A stretch of DNA of 63,675 bases, filler included, from Parasitella parasitica NRRL 2501 (Eukaryota > Fungi > Mucoromycota), in NCBI GenBank assembly GCA_025201805.1. It is 18 parts of 18 records of this genome, joined end to end, with 100 filler letters (N's around TTAATTAATTAA, not from the genome) between each part and the next. Parts side by side here need not be neighbours in the genome. Positions count along the whole stretch, not along the records: positions 48,097 to 55,952 come from MU619472.1; positions 56,053 to 57,948 come from MU619524.1; positions 58,049 to 59,656 come from MU619376.1; positions 59,757 to 61,593 come from MU619599.1; positions 61,694 to 63,675 come from MU619273.1; 13 more parts are not named here. One strand, 5' to 3'. Both the position numbers and the translations under genes were made by a program. The notes under the pieces are model-generated. The model was not told the origin of the DNA. It saw only the letters and a list, made by a program, of their open reading frames with translations, and ran no database searches. Numbering within the stretch: position 1 is the stretch's first letter; the number at the start of each line of letters is the position of its first letter. Positions 52,440-63,675 of the stretch are shown here, in pieces.

Positions 52440-52845
52440 TAAAAAAAGATAATAAAAAACCAAATGTTAATGAGATACAAAAACTTAAAGATACTTTATT
52501 AACGATCGAAATTGCATCTGCTATTTATACTTTTTACAACTAAATAAATTTATGGTGACTTATTTAGATTACTAATTGACAAGACTAATTCACAGTGACA
52601 ATCTACTTGACAGGGCACGATATGAGGTTATACAACAAGGGCTACACGTCTTTGATCTGACAGTGTCTTAACCTTATTATTCTGGTGCTCACATCTGTGT
52701 TACTTACGGGAATAACCTTCTTGATTTGAAACAGAGACTTTATTCTCCAATTTACACAAGCGTATCACGTCACATCATTGGACAATCTTCAATCTTCAAT
52801 TGAAGTACATTGCCATGATCTCCTGTCTATAATTATGGCAGATCA
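52440..52845. mobile_element. LTR family A2
   Basis: Alignment to 34954-35359. Confidence 0.85.
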
Positions 52846-53284
52846 CCAATAAAATATAGCCAAAAAAGGCCCAAAATTTGAAAACATGCTAAGATTATAG
52901 TTCGAATTCAGAAAAACACAAGTTTTGTCCTATCAACTTCATATTTTTAAATAGCACCTTTGTGGGACACAAAAATCTTTGAAGAAATTGGCATTAAACA
53001 ATCAAATCTTACGTTTTTAAATGAAAACTTGCGTAGATCAGAGTTAAATTTGACTTCGTGAGTTAAAATAAACCAGACTGTGCCCATTTTACTGTTATTG
53101 ATGAGGTTTTATTCTCCATACTTTTGAAATACATCAAGTACAGCTACAAATTGAACATTTTACCTATGAACACTGATGTTTTCGTTTGACTTTTTTACCA
53201 ACAAGTTAAGTAAAAATGTTGATATATATGTATTTTCCAGGAAAGAAGAAGGGCGTTGAGCGGCCTCAAATAACGCTTCAAATG

Positions 53285-54800
53285 TTAGCTACTTGGATTA
53301 CCAAAGAGAAAGTCAAAAGCACAAAGAGTCACTACATCTGATAAAGCATCAATACTTTTGACTTCACCACCAAATAGATCCCCATTAGCGTCTCTGAATA
53401 ACACAGTAGCACGACGTTTGAGATCATGTTCATCATCCCTATCATCGTTATCAGCGAATTTTCTTCCAATACGCACAAAAAATGTTGAACGACTTTCTAG
53501 AACTGCGTCAGTTGCCTTCTTCCAACTACCAGCATCATCCAACCAACATCCACCGGTCAAGACATGGTTGGACATAAACCGCTTGCCAAAAGCGAATGCA
53601 GTATCTCTAGACGGGTTATGTCTGTTGGTTCGGAAAAGAGTTTCACGGATGAACTTGTTGAATTGTTCCCCTTTCTCTGTTTCGTAGAAAATTGCCGAAC
53701 CAAACCGCGTAATGTCTTCAGTCAAATGATATAAAATATGCATTTTACTTGAGTTGTATACACCATGCTTTTAGCTTGCAGGATCTTTGCTCTTGATGTA
53801 AAACACAATTTCTGAGGAGTGAGTACTCCGTATCAATGACTTGAAGATAGTAAGCCGAATGAGTGGTAATCTTGCTTATGTATACAAGTGAAACCAGTCT
53901 ACCCAAGCTATCAAAGCAATCTTTAATTAAACGTATACCAGGAGTGGCCTTAATGGCATCCCTTTTGATTAGCTCGTCTAGGAGAATTGGAATTTGCTGA
54001 AGAAGGATTTTATAATTGCGGCCAAGATAAGAGCCATGAAGCCTCAAAGAAGACCTCAGTTTTCTCTTGGAACCTTTTGAATTGTATGAGAACAATAAAG
54101 TTTGCAAGATACTCTTCTGCAAATCGTTTGGATGATTAGCATACAGGCTCTTGGACAATATCTTGACCACACCAAGCATCACTGTATGCAATAGCTCAAT
54201 TGAGTTGTCTATCATCGTGGCGATCGCCTTTAATCTGAACAAAGCTTGGCCACCAACAAGCTTATATCCACTTTCCTTGGCAACAAACACCCTAGAGTCA
54301 CCCGATTGTAAAAAGTGATCGTTCAACTCTTCAACTATCTGTTCGGATCTTCTATCACATTCATAATCAGTGCCATGTGCCTTTAGTGGGGTAGTCAGAT
54401 CCCAATCGCACTTCCGGCAAGGTCTTGAAAAGATTGCACCATGGCTTGAAGCAATTTCAGAATGACGAGCATTATTAGCTGTGATAAATTTCACTGGAGT
54501 AATTACAAGCGTAGATTCTGAATTGTGAGAATGCATTATAAGTCCTTCCTCTAACTTGGCGAGATCATCAACAATAGTTGGTAGCATTTGCATAGCAGAC
54601 AAATTGTGATCTTTGCAAATAAAGTGGGTATTTTCCAATTGATGCCTTTGCTTGAGCGGCGGAACCGCTGGGACCAAGACCCAGCTATCAAACTTGTTGT
54701 GTTTTTTAGTTTTGTTTCTACTCATGTCGTCAGTAAAAAGATTAAGAGGGACAGTCTTCGCAGGCATATACTTTCTCGAAGGCACCTTGCCATCGGAAGG
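53285..54800 (-). pseudogene. Degenerate CACTA/Plavaka-like DNA transposase
   Basis: LFTDDMSRNKTKKHNKF, PCRKC, IELLHTVMLG, HILYHLTEDITRFG...TEKGEQFN; frameshift near 53745. Confidence 0.65.
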
Positions 54801-55073
54801 TTTTTTTAATCTCCAGAAATGACAGATCTGCCGAAAAGTAGCTTGAAAAACTGACAACCGTTGCTGATTATTTGCAATTGATATGATTCCGGTCGATCAG
54901 AAATTACTTTTTGAATAAATGCAATCGAAGTGGCAACTGGTCAAAAATGTGCTTGAATACAAAAATTGTTTTCACTTATGGCACTGACTTCGAAAGCTTC
55001 CACCATAAGATCTACATGATTTACCGTATAAAAGCGCGCAAGCATGCTGGACATATTATTTGCAACAACCACG

Positions 55074-55420
55074 CACTATGGCCCTATGGGTGTTCTCAGA
55101 GAGCAGCTTCGGGCTCATGTGAGACGGCTTTTGCGCGCATGAGACGGTGTATGCGCTCAAATGAGACGGCTTTGGATGGAAGCAGTAGAAGCAAATTTTA
55201 AATGTTGCGAAATTCATTTTTTTATAACACAAACATATTCTAAAGATCAAAAGAAGTGTTTTTGTTGCTTACCATGAAGCTCTATCTCAATTTTCCATAG
55301 AGTTACGTTGTCTTCAAAATTAGGTCATCTTAAGATTTATTCGAAGATGTTCTTACCCAGAACATCCAAGTGCTCAAATGCGACCTTTTTTACTTAGCAC
55401 TTTTCGAGTATGCATTTTTT
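55074..55420 (+). mobile_element. CACTA terminus with TGAGACGG subterminal repeats
   Basis: CACTATGGCCCTATGG, identical to the 20027 end. Confidence 0.75.
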
Positions 55421-57169
55421 TTGTGCAAATATAGCTTAACCTGGACCAAAGTGGACAATTTACACGGTAGCTATAGTGATCCATTTTAATTTGCTTACCT
55501 GTGTTAACACAGTCTAGTTTTTATATAGTGAACTATCATTCTCATTTACACTCTTATTGTACCTGTTAGCTTAGCGGGGTTTCAGGCATTACATCAAGCA
55601 TCACTTATAAAGAACATCATGTTCGCGTGAGATTGATCTCTGTTTTCTTTTTTCTCTACACTAAATTTTTTCACACATGTAATGCTACTTATATAAAGTT
55701 CGACTTAGTTCCTTACAGTGTCTTGATATTACTTGCGATTTATACCAGAAGAGATTTGGAATAGGGACGCAAAAACTGATACGAGACGTTCACAAATATC
55801 ACAGGTAGAATAGCACCAACAGTTTTATTATCGTAAAAAAGAGGAAAAGCAGCTTTATTCCTCGTTCTACACTAAAGATTTACTATATTGCCAGCATCTA
55901 CAGACATGTCTTGTTCAAAAACATGATAGTTTCCTATCACACTATATTTCAGNNNNNNNNNNNNNNNNNNNNNNNNNNNNNNNNNNNNNNNNNNNNTTAA
56001 TTAATTAANNNNNNNNNNNNNNNNNNNNNNNNNNNNNNNNNNNNNNNNNNNNTAACATTACGCTGCGCCCTTTGACACTGGCACAACAACGTAATCAAAA
56101 CATTATAAATGGTTTAAGGGAAAGTAATGCAACAAGTTCTCTTCCTCTGCCTCAAGCACCACCCCAACACATAAGTGCAATGAACAGTGATTATGCTTAT
56201 GCCCTTTTTTTTTAATAATCAATGATGTGTCAATTTCCCAACCGGAAGTCAAACTCAAGTAAACTCAATCCTGAACACAATTCAGGAACATATCCCAATG
56301 GATCATGTTCCTTATTTATNNNNNNNNNNNNNNNNNNNNNNNNNNNNNNNNNNNNNNNNNNNNNNNNNNNNNNNNNNNNNNNNNNNNNNNNNNNNNNNNN
56401 NNNNNNNNNNNNNNNNNNNNNNNNNNNNNNNNNNNNNNNNNNNNNNNNNNNNNNNNNNNNNNNNNNNNNNNNNNNNNNNNNNNNNNNNNNNNNNNNNNNN
56501 NNNNNNNNNNNNNNNNNNNNNNNNNNNNNNNNNNNNNNNNNNNNNNNNNNNNNNNNNNNNNNNNNNNNNNNNNNNNNNNNNNNNNNNNNNNNNNNNNNNN
56601 NNNNNNNNNNNNNNNNNNNNNNNNNNNNNNNNNNNNNNNNNNNNNNNNNNNNNNNNNNNNNNNNNNNNNNNNNNNNNNNNNNNNNNNNNNNNNNNNNNNN
56701 NNNNNNNNNNNNNNNNNNNNNNNNNNNNNNNNNNNNNNNNNNNNNNNNNNNNNNNNNNNNNNNNNNNNNNNNNNNNNNNNNNNNNNNNNNNNNNNNNNNN
56801 NNNNNNNNNNNNNNNNNNNNNNNNNNNNNNNNNNNNNNNNNNNNNNNNNNNNNNNNNNNNNNNNNNNNNNNNNNNNNNNNNNNNNNNNNNNNNNNNNNNN
56901 NNNNNNNNNNNNNNNNNNNNNNNNNNNNNNNNNNNNNNNNNNNNNNNNNNNNNNNNNNNNNNNNNNNNNNNNNNNNNNNNNNNNNNNNNNNNNNNNNNNN
57001 NNNNNNNNNNNNNNNNNNNNNNNNNNNNNNNNNNNNNNNNNNNNNNNNNNNNNNNNNNNNNNNNNNNNNNNNNNNNNNNNNNNNNNNNNNNNNNNNNNNN
57101 NNNNNNNNNNNNNNNNNNNNNNNNNNNNNNNNNNNNNNNNNNNNNNNNNNNNNNNNNNNNNNNNNNNNN

Positions 57170-57948
57170 TGCTCTTTTACAAAGCCTCAATTATGAAGAA
57201 CAAAAGCACAAACGGGAAAACTATGTCGATCGTGAAGTGGGTACTCTACTACTGCTGAAATGGAGAAAATTTTAGAGCATTACTTCCGTAAAAATACCCA
57301 AGAGGGATTACGAAATGGTGTTACTTTTTTGTTGCAACATTATGGGTTACTTCGTGGGGAAAGTTTGCGCATGATGGAGTTTCCAGACTTGCAATGTGTC
57401 GGTTTTCGCCTATTAATTGAAGGTTGAATCTCATCTCAATTCCAATATTGACACTGACATTCAAATGGAATTGTATAAAGACTTTTAGAAACCAGGACCA
57501 AAGCAATCCTGGCTTCCTTTTCAATCGTGAATAAAGACCCTACGTTCTCCGTGATATAATCGCTTGTAGTCTCTTTATTTAATTGTCTTTGGAAATAATC
57601 GTTATTCATATAACTCTCACAATGTATGCTATTAGAAAATGAGGGGATCAGCCCATGTTATGCGCTCATTATGGTATTAAAACAAGGCAAAACAAATCAA
57701 GAAGGCCGTTTGGAGTTTACTGCTTCTTTACGTAACAAGAATGTAAACATTTGTCCTCAAATGCTACTCTCTTTTTATCTATTCTATCGTTGGCATATTG
57801 CAGGTGAACCTTTTCCCGAATTCAATGAGAATCGCGATTGGTTTGATTTCAAATTGACTAGATCAAGAAATGACCCCAAGACCTCCATCTCCTACGATCA
57901 CCATCTTAACTGTACAAAAGAAGCATTCAAAGCTGTTGGTCTTAATAG
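57170..57948 (+). mobile_element. Crypton tyrosine recombinase (Ndc10 domain II-like) fragment interrupted by an LTR
   Basis: HYGLLRGESLRMMEFPDLQC | MLLENEG...QGKTNQEGR...RNKNVNICP...FYRWH. Confidence 0.8.
57397..57619. mobile_element. 223-bp solo LTR in the Crypton ORF
   Basis: CAATG-[TG...CA]-CAATG; removal restores DLQCMLLENEG. Confidence 0.8.
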
Positions 57949-58048
57949 NNNNNNNNNNNNNNNNNNNNNNNNNNNNNNNNNNNNNNNNNNNNTTAATTAA
58001 TTAANNNNNNNNNNNNNNNNNNNNNNNNNNNNNNNNNNNNNNNNNNNN

Positions 58049-59656
58049 CATAGGCCATGTTATCCTTGAATTGAGAATGATCAATTGTTCTTCCCTCATA
58101 AGAGAACACGCGGAAAGAGCTGTAAGCATTTGCCTCACAAATACCCAAGAAGAAACCAAAGAAGCGCATTTCCCATCTTTCCGTTTTGATGATATCATGG
58201 TATGAGATCTTGTTGTCTCTCAAGTTGTTAGCAGCATCAACGGAACCTAATGTTGGGGTAATCAGTTATTATATTCATGCAAGAGTGTTTCAACTTTTCA
58301 CTTACTTTTATGAGTCTCATACTCATGTACAACCTCTGGTCTTTGAAGAGTTATTTTTCGGCCCCCAGACGCAACATAGCTTCTTTGATCAATCAGCCTG
58401 GTGGTACTGCAAGAGGAAATGAAGGCCTTGACCTTCTTGTCGCGATAGGCGCAAGTGAACATCTTGCCACTATCAGCACCTTTTTTCATTGTGTAGTAGC
58501 TTCCAGGCTCTTCCTCTACTTGATCAACGATGTCAGTATTGGGCATTCCACGAGGCCAGTATCTACGCTTGCAAACTTGCATGATCGCGTACAGGCCAAG
58601 ATCCGACAACATTGATATCATATCGGGAGACCCGAACCAAGAGTCAGCGATCACTGTTCTACCACTTCCAAACCAAGGCTTGGTAAGGCGTTTGACAGTT
58701 GCAGTCAACTTCTTCATGCCAGGATCTTCATCATACTCCTTACTTCTTGGATCGCTGACAGTATCCATACGCAGGATACAATAAGTATGATGATCTGCTA
58801 ATGTCTTGAACTCCTGTCCGATGGGATGTGGCTTTCGGGGAACCTTCTTCAAGTTGGGCATCCCAACACCCAACCACTGGTTCATTGACTCATCAATGAC
58901 CAAGTACTTTCCAGGAGTGACACAGTCAGCCATCTTGTCATTGAAGGCCTTGATGGGAGCACGGATCTGATACAAGGGATCATTGATTTGATTTACCACA
59001 GTATGAATTTCAAAAAAATGCATATGCATGATGTCCCTGAATCTTTTAAAAGACATGTATTGGCAAAAGTCCACGTTCATGGTGAAATGACTATGCCCCA
59101 ACTTCCAGTATGCCTTGAGGTTTGAGTGAGCAAGCACTGTCATTACGGTCAAGAGTGCCAGCCACATCATATACTCGTTGAAGGTAATGTCTCTCCATGC
59201 GGGGTTGACATCTCTTGCATGATGGTTGGTGTTCCTGATGATTTCATGGAATTACTCTTGAGGTAAGAAAAACAGGAAATAGTCCAAAGGAAGAGCATCT
59301 CTGAAGCCTTCCATGTTAAGCTTGGTTCTTGTTTGCTGGTAGCTTTCAGAGCAGAGTCTACTATCGACAAAGACTTCACCATTGCTCCATCCATCACCGG
59401 GAGTCAAATCAATCTCCTCCTCGTCCTCTGATCCAGATGGTACAGCATCGTCCAAAAGATCCTCTGCCTCTTCGAATGCAGGAACAGGTACGTCAATTGG
59501 TGTAGTATTAGTATCGATCATTTGTACAGGACCGACATACTTAACACAACCTGCTTTGAGTGTCAACGTGATGGCAGGTGCTTCATCGAGAATCACATCA
59601 TACGCGATGGAGTTTCCGATTATTGAGCGGGCAACAGTCTTTCCCTTGAAGTTCAA
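58049..59656 (-). mobile_element. piggyBac-like transposase (partial, frameshifted, intron 58247-58305)
   Basis: VIDESM, PRKPHPIG, ADSWFGS, GSVDAANNLR. Confidence 0.88.
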
Positions 59657-59756
59657 NNNNNNNNNNNNNNNNNNNNNNNNNNNNNNNNNNNNNNNNNNNN
59701 TTAATTAATTAANNNNNNNNNNNNNNNNNNNNNNNNNNNNNNNNNNNNNNNNNNNN

Positions 59757-61593
59757 CCCCATCTCTTCCCGTTTTTCATCACTTTTTTCCCCGATTTCGG
59801 AAGAAAGTTTTTCCTCACTATAAAAGCGGTTTTTTCTCGACAACTAGTTCACCAAACAACACCAAATTATACCAGTAGACTTGTGTTTATCTATAGTTTA
59901 TTGTATATCAATTTCAGTTTTGTTGAACAACTTGCCAGTTTTTTCAAATCCTAGTAATTTTTCACAAATTGACTACCCCGATGTCTGAAGACCTGCAAAG
60001 CTTTGACATCAATCAGCTGCCTCAGCTACTCGGGCACATTCAACAACAAATTGCCTCTGTACAAAAGAAAGTCCAAGAACATGATAGTCTTTTGGAGCGT
60101 ATGAACAAGTTGGAACAGGAAAACCAAGCCCTAAAAAAAAATCTTTTAGACAAGGACCTGGTAATTCAAGAATTACAGGGCCAACTATCACGTGGTACCA
60201 TCCGTGCACTTCCCTCCAAGGGAGATCTTGATCTCCCTGCAGCTTCTTCAGTGGTACAGTCCCGAGATTCGGTTACTGCTCTTCCTACCATTGCTACTCA
60301 GGTTAGCTATCTCTCTGCTGCCAAAACAGGCGCTACACGATCTGATCCTGTTCGTACTGTCAAGAGACGACTTGCTGCCGGTCGACTTTTCCAGTCTGCT
60401 GCTACCAAGGGTCAGCAAGGGTACCAGTACGTCTATATTGGTCGCTCTGGAAAGATCCAACGTTCTGAAGTTCGCTCTGCCTTTCGCAAGGTTGGCGTTG
60501 ATACTGGCCGTGTTCTCGACATTTGCTTCCCTGCCTCTGGCGTTATTGGAGTTCTGTTGCACCTCCAATACGTCGATTCTTTTCTTGCCTGCATGAAAAA
60601 GTGTGAGGCCGAGATCATTGACAACTTTGAGCCTCTGGATCCCAAGCACATTGCTGATCCCCATTACGCTGACCTCGATAATGAGGAACGCGAGCAATTG
60701 ATCTACGAGTTCACCAACACTCGTGCTCTTCAAACACTCTCCTTCCTGCGTCCTCTAAGTGTTAGTGGTGTCGGTAAATATTTTGTCTCTGCTGGCTGGA
60801 TTTCGCAAGAAGAACTGGATAAAGCTGTTTCTGAAGCAATTGGTCGTCTTGCCGTGAAGGAACCCAAGAAGGCTCAATTCTTGTTCAAGCGCAGAAAAGC
60901 CGCATCCGATGACGATAATGGCTCTGCTATGGAACTTTAATGAGTTCTATAGTCAATAGTCTTAATATACCCCACAACAACCCAGTCCACTCCTTACCTG
61001 TCTCTCTCTCTCTCTGGAATGCCAATGGTCTACGTCAATCAGTTGTACATGATGTCCTCTCTCATGTTTTGGACACTCATGTACTCTTGGTTACTGAAAC
61101 CTGGCTTCTCTCTGGTTCTTTCCCTTCAAACTGGCAACAATTTCATCTCTATGGCTCACAAGTACCTGGTGCTTTTGGTCGTGGCTCTGGTGGAATTACA
61201 GCCTTTGTCTCCCCTTCCTGTCCTTTTACTGTCTCTCAACTTCCGTCTTACAACCCGCACACTTTGTCCCTCAAGGCTGGCACCCTTACGGTTCACTGTG
61301 TGTATCTCCCTCCACCCTTATCATCTGATAAGGTGCTCTCGATCCTTCGTTCTCTACCTCTGAACAGGGACACCATTATATGTGGTGATTTCAACGCCCG
61401 TTTTGGGTCTCTACTGGGTGATACCAATGTCAATCCCCGTGGTACTGCTCTTCTACCATGGCTTGAGGAATCGTCTCTTTCGATCCTCAATGAGACACTG
61501 GCACACGGTATCCCCACATTTACGGCGTTTCGACGGCAACAAGAAATAGGCAGCATTATTGATTTATTTATGACAAATATTGGTGAATGTAGC
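59757..61593 (+). mobile_element. LINE 5' portion: ORF1 59981-60940 (coiled coil) and ORF2 from 60940 (APE endonuclease)
   Basis: LWNANGL, VTETW, VYLPP, CGDFNAR, IIDLF; both ORFs open. Confidence 0.92.
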
Positions 61594-61695
61594 NNNNNNN
61601 NNNNNNNNNNNNNNNNNNNNNNNNNNNNNNNNNNNNNTTAATTAATTAANNNNNNNNNNNNNNNNNNNNNNNNNNNNNNNNNNNNNNNNNNNNTA

Positions 61696-62051
61696 TTACT
61701 TGTAGATATAAATGAGTTCAAAACATCGAAGGTTATTAAGGAAAAAACACACATAATTCACATATTGCACTTTCAGCTAAAACCGATTATTCATAGATCT
61801 GCAACAACTGTCTCAAAGAAGATCTGAAGAATTTCAAGATAAGCCATGACAACGAAGAAACCAAAATCCATCAGGTATTGAAGTGTAAAACTTGCAACAT
61901 TTACTGGAATCGCGATGCCATGGCCTCGAAGAACATGCTCACCATTGCCACATCAATTTGGTGTGGAAATGGCCGCCCCCAGGTCTTCAAAAGACATACC
62001 GCCACCTCCAATGTGGTTGTTGCTGCTCACTCCGGTGAGTCAGCAACTTAA
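61696..62051 (+). CDS. Fanzor C-terminal region, family F1 copy B, with intron 61732-61796
   Basis: LLVDINEFKTSK|ICNNCLKE...LKCKTCNIYWNRDAMASKNML...GRPQVF...ESAT*; frame restored by removing a 65-nt GT..GCTAA..AG intron. Confidence 0.88.
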
Positions 62052-62270
62052 AGATATTGCAGGTAAGAAGCTGTAACAATTCTGACTCTTCTGAAAGATA
62101 CTAACATTATCTCCATGTTCGTACTCATGTCCCATTTTCATCTTGTTGTCCCATTTTCGTATTGGTGACCCATTTTTGTAATCGTGTCCCAACTCAATTT
62201 GGAAATGACCAAAATTTATTTTCATTGGCCCAACCTAGTTTCGTCAACTGTACGCCACAGAACAAGAAAG
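61990..62270 (+). ncRNA. Putative omegaRNA precursor and right end of copy B (element ends at 62250, then TA)
   Basis: About 6 substitutions versus 21879-22200; flanks diverge after TACGC. Confidence 0.55.
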
Positions 62271-63675
62271 ATAATGACGTCAGCAACAAACGAAAAACTG
62301 TCCTAATAAATCTAAAGCTCTAATCCAAAGGCATGAGGTACCTACCCCAATGTCAATAAAATATAATTTGATCTTGGCATGAATGTATATATAGACAAAT
62401 GTTATGTTTACATACCAATATATCAGAGTTATTACCCACTGAACACTGGAGAACGGTTTCAATTAGTAAGTTATCATAACGTATTGCCCTAGGAGAATGA
62501 AAAAAAATATGAGATTGATGTAGATATTATATAAATAAGGGATTACATACTTGGAAGTAAGTTTTATTAGGTCTACGCAATTTTCTTTTTTGAACGGCCA
62601 ACTTCTTGATATCTGAGTTTTGTAAAATGATTACTGCCATTTTGCAATTTCTGAAAAAAAGTTCAAGTAAACCGATAAAGTTCATGGTGATTATGATAAT
62701 ATATATTAGGGTATCTCTGATAAGGGCTGAAAAGATTCCCTTCCATATATAGAGAAAAAGAGTAGCAATTGCTTTATTTCATTCATAGTGAAAATACAAA
62801 GAGAATGTGTTGTGAAATAAATCTATCTACTTCAAATCTTTAAGTTCAAGGTGGTTTCTAAAATGGTTATGGTTGTCTATTGACAAATGCCTGTGAGTCT
62901 GGGCGTAAGTGTGTCTGTTGACTTTGGAAGATAAATACATTTATGTCCTTGGGATTTATAAATTTGTATACAGATAATTTTTTATGAATGGGTGTTTATC
63001 CTGGGTGGCAGATTTTCTCCTTTTCTTTGGCATTTTCTTATACCTTCAGTTGATCTGGCGTCTTCTAGCTTAGAGGGCCTTGTCAGACATGTACCAAGCT
63101 GGGTCTCTATATCTATTTGCATAGTAAAACGACTAGTCAAACCCGTACTATCTTTATCATAATATTGGAATGGTTCAAAAGTGTGTGTCTTTACGTAAAT
63201 TTTAGGCACCTGATTTTTTTTTTTTTAGTTTACGTGAACTTCAGTGCGTTATTGTCAGAAAAAAGACAAAAACTATAAAAAAACAATGTTTAGCAATCTC
63301 AAACTCAAAAAAAGTAATTCAAAATAATGCATTAGGCTATAATGCATCTTTTGATTACAGATTTGCATAGCTTAGAGCAAGCTTTTGTACTTTTCAAGTT
63401 GACAACAGATGAAAGTAACGACTTTTCTGACTTTTTTCGAAAAACTATTTTTCAAAATCGAAGCGTGAGATCGTCAGTCCATGAACTGACATGCAAGTAC
63501 TACCATTAGAAATTCAAGAAACACATTGTTTAAAAAAACTAGGTTGCGGTCGTTTTTCTCTCGAATTGGGTAAGCTATGGTTTCTCAAAGCTAATGCTTT
63601 TTTAAAGAAAACATCATTTTTATAGCGGAGATTAAACGGGTCCAAAATCAGGAAGAAAACATTCTTTCAAAAACT

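Noticed and set aside
51488-52543. Long ORFs made of X
   Set aside because: Artefacts of translating across N gaps (also at 8, 11.5, 37.5, 40 and 56.5 kb)
55906-55917. 12-nt match ATGTCTTGTTCA to the putative F2 guide flank
   Set aside because: Too short and AT-rich to distinguish from chance

Overview
AT-rich, intron-rich eukaryotic DNA, most consistent with a Mucorales fungus. It is a string of small unplaced contigs or scaffolds joined by an artificial N-TTAATTAATTAA-N spacer, so adjacency across spacers means nothing. Host genes: a Kre9/KNH-like secreted protein, MED4, an FMP32/CCDC90-like gene, an enoyl-CoA hydratase, COX4, a CDC10-type septin, tRNA-Pro and tRNA-Cys. Most of the rest is nested transposon debris: two LINE families, many solo LTRs with 5-bp target-site duplications (TSDs), Tc1/IS630, CACTA, piggyBac, Crypton and a Helitron end. 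The most notable signal is three 3' ends of Fanzor (eukaryotic TnpB) elements from two families, each ending at a Tc1/mariner-like CTG|TA terminus. In both families the DNA between a tetraloop hairpin at the Fanzor stop codon and the last 8-12 nt of the element carries canonical spliceosomal intron signals. One family has a single intron and the other has two back-to-back introns. This suggests a spliced omegaRNA guide scaffold, which is an inference that needs RNA evidence.
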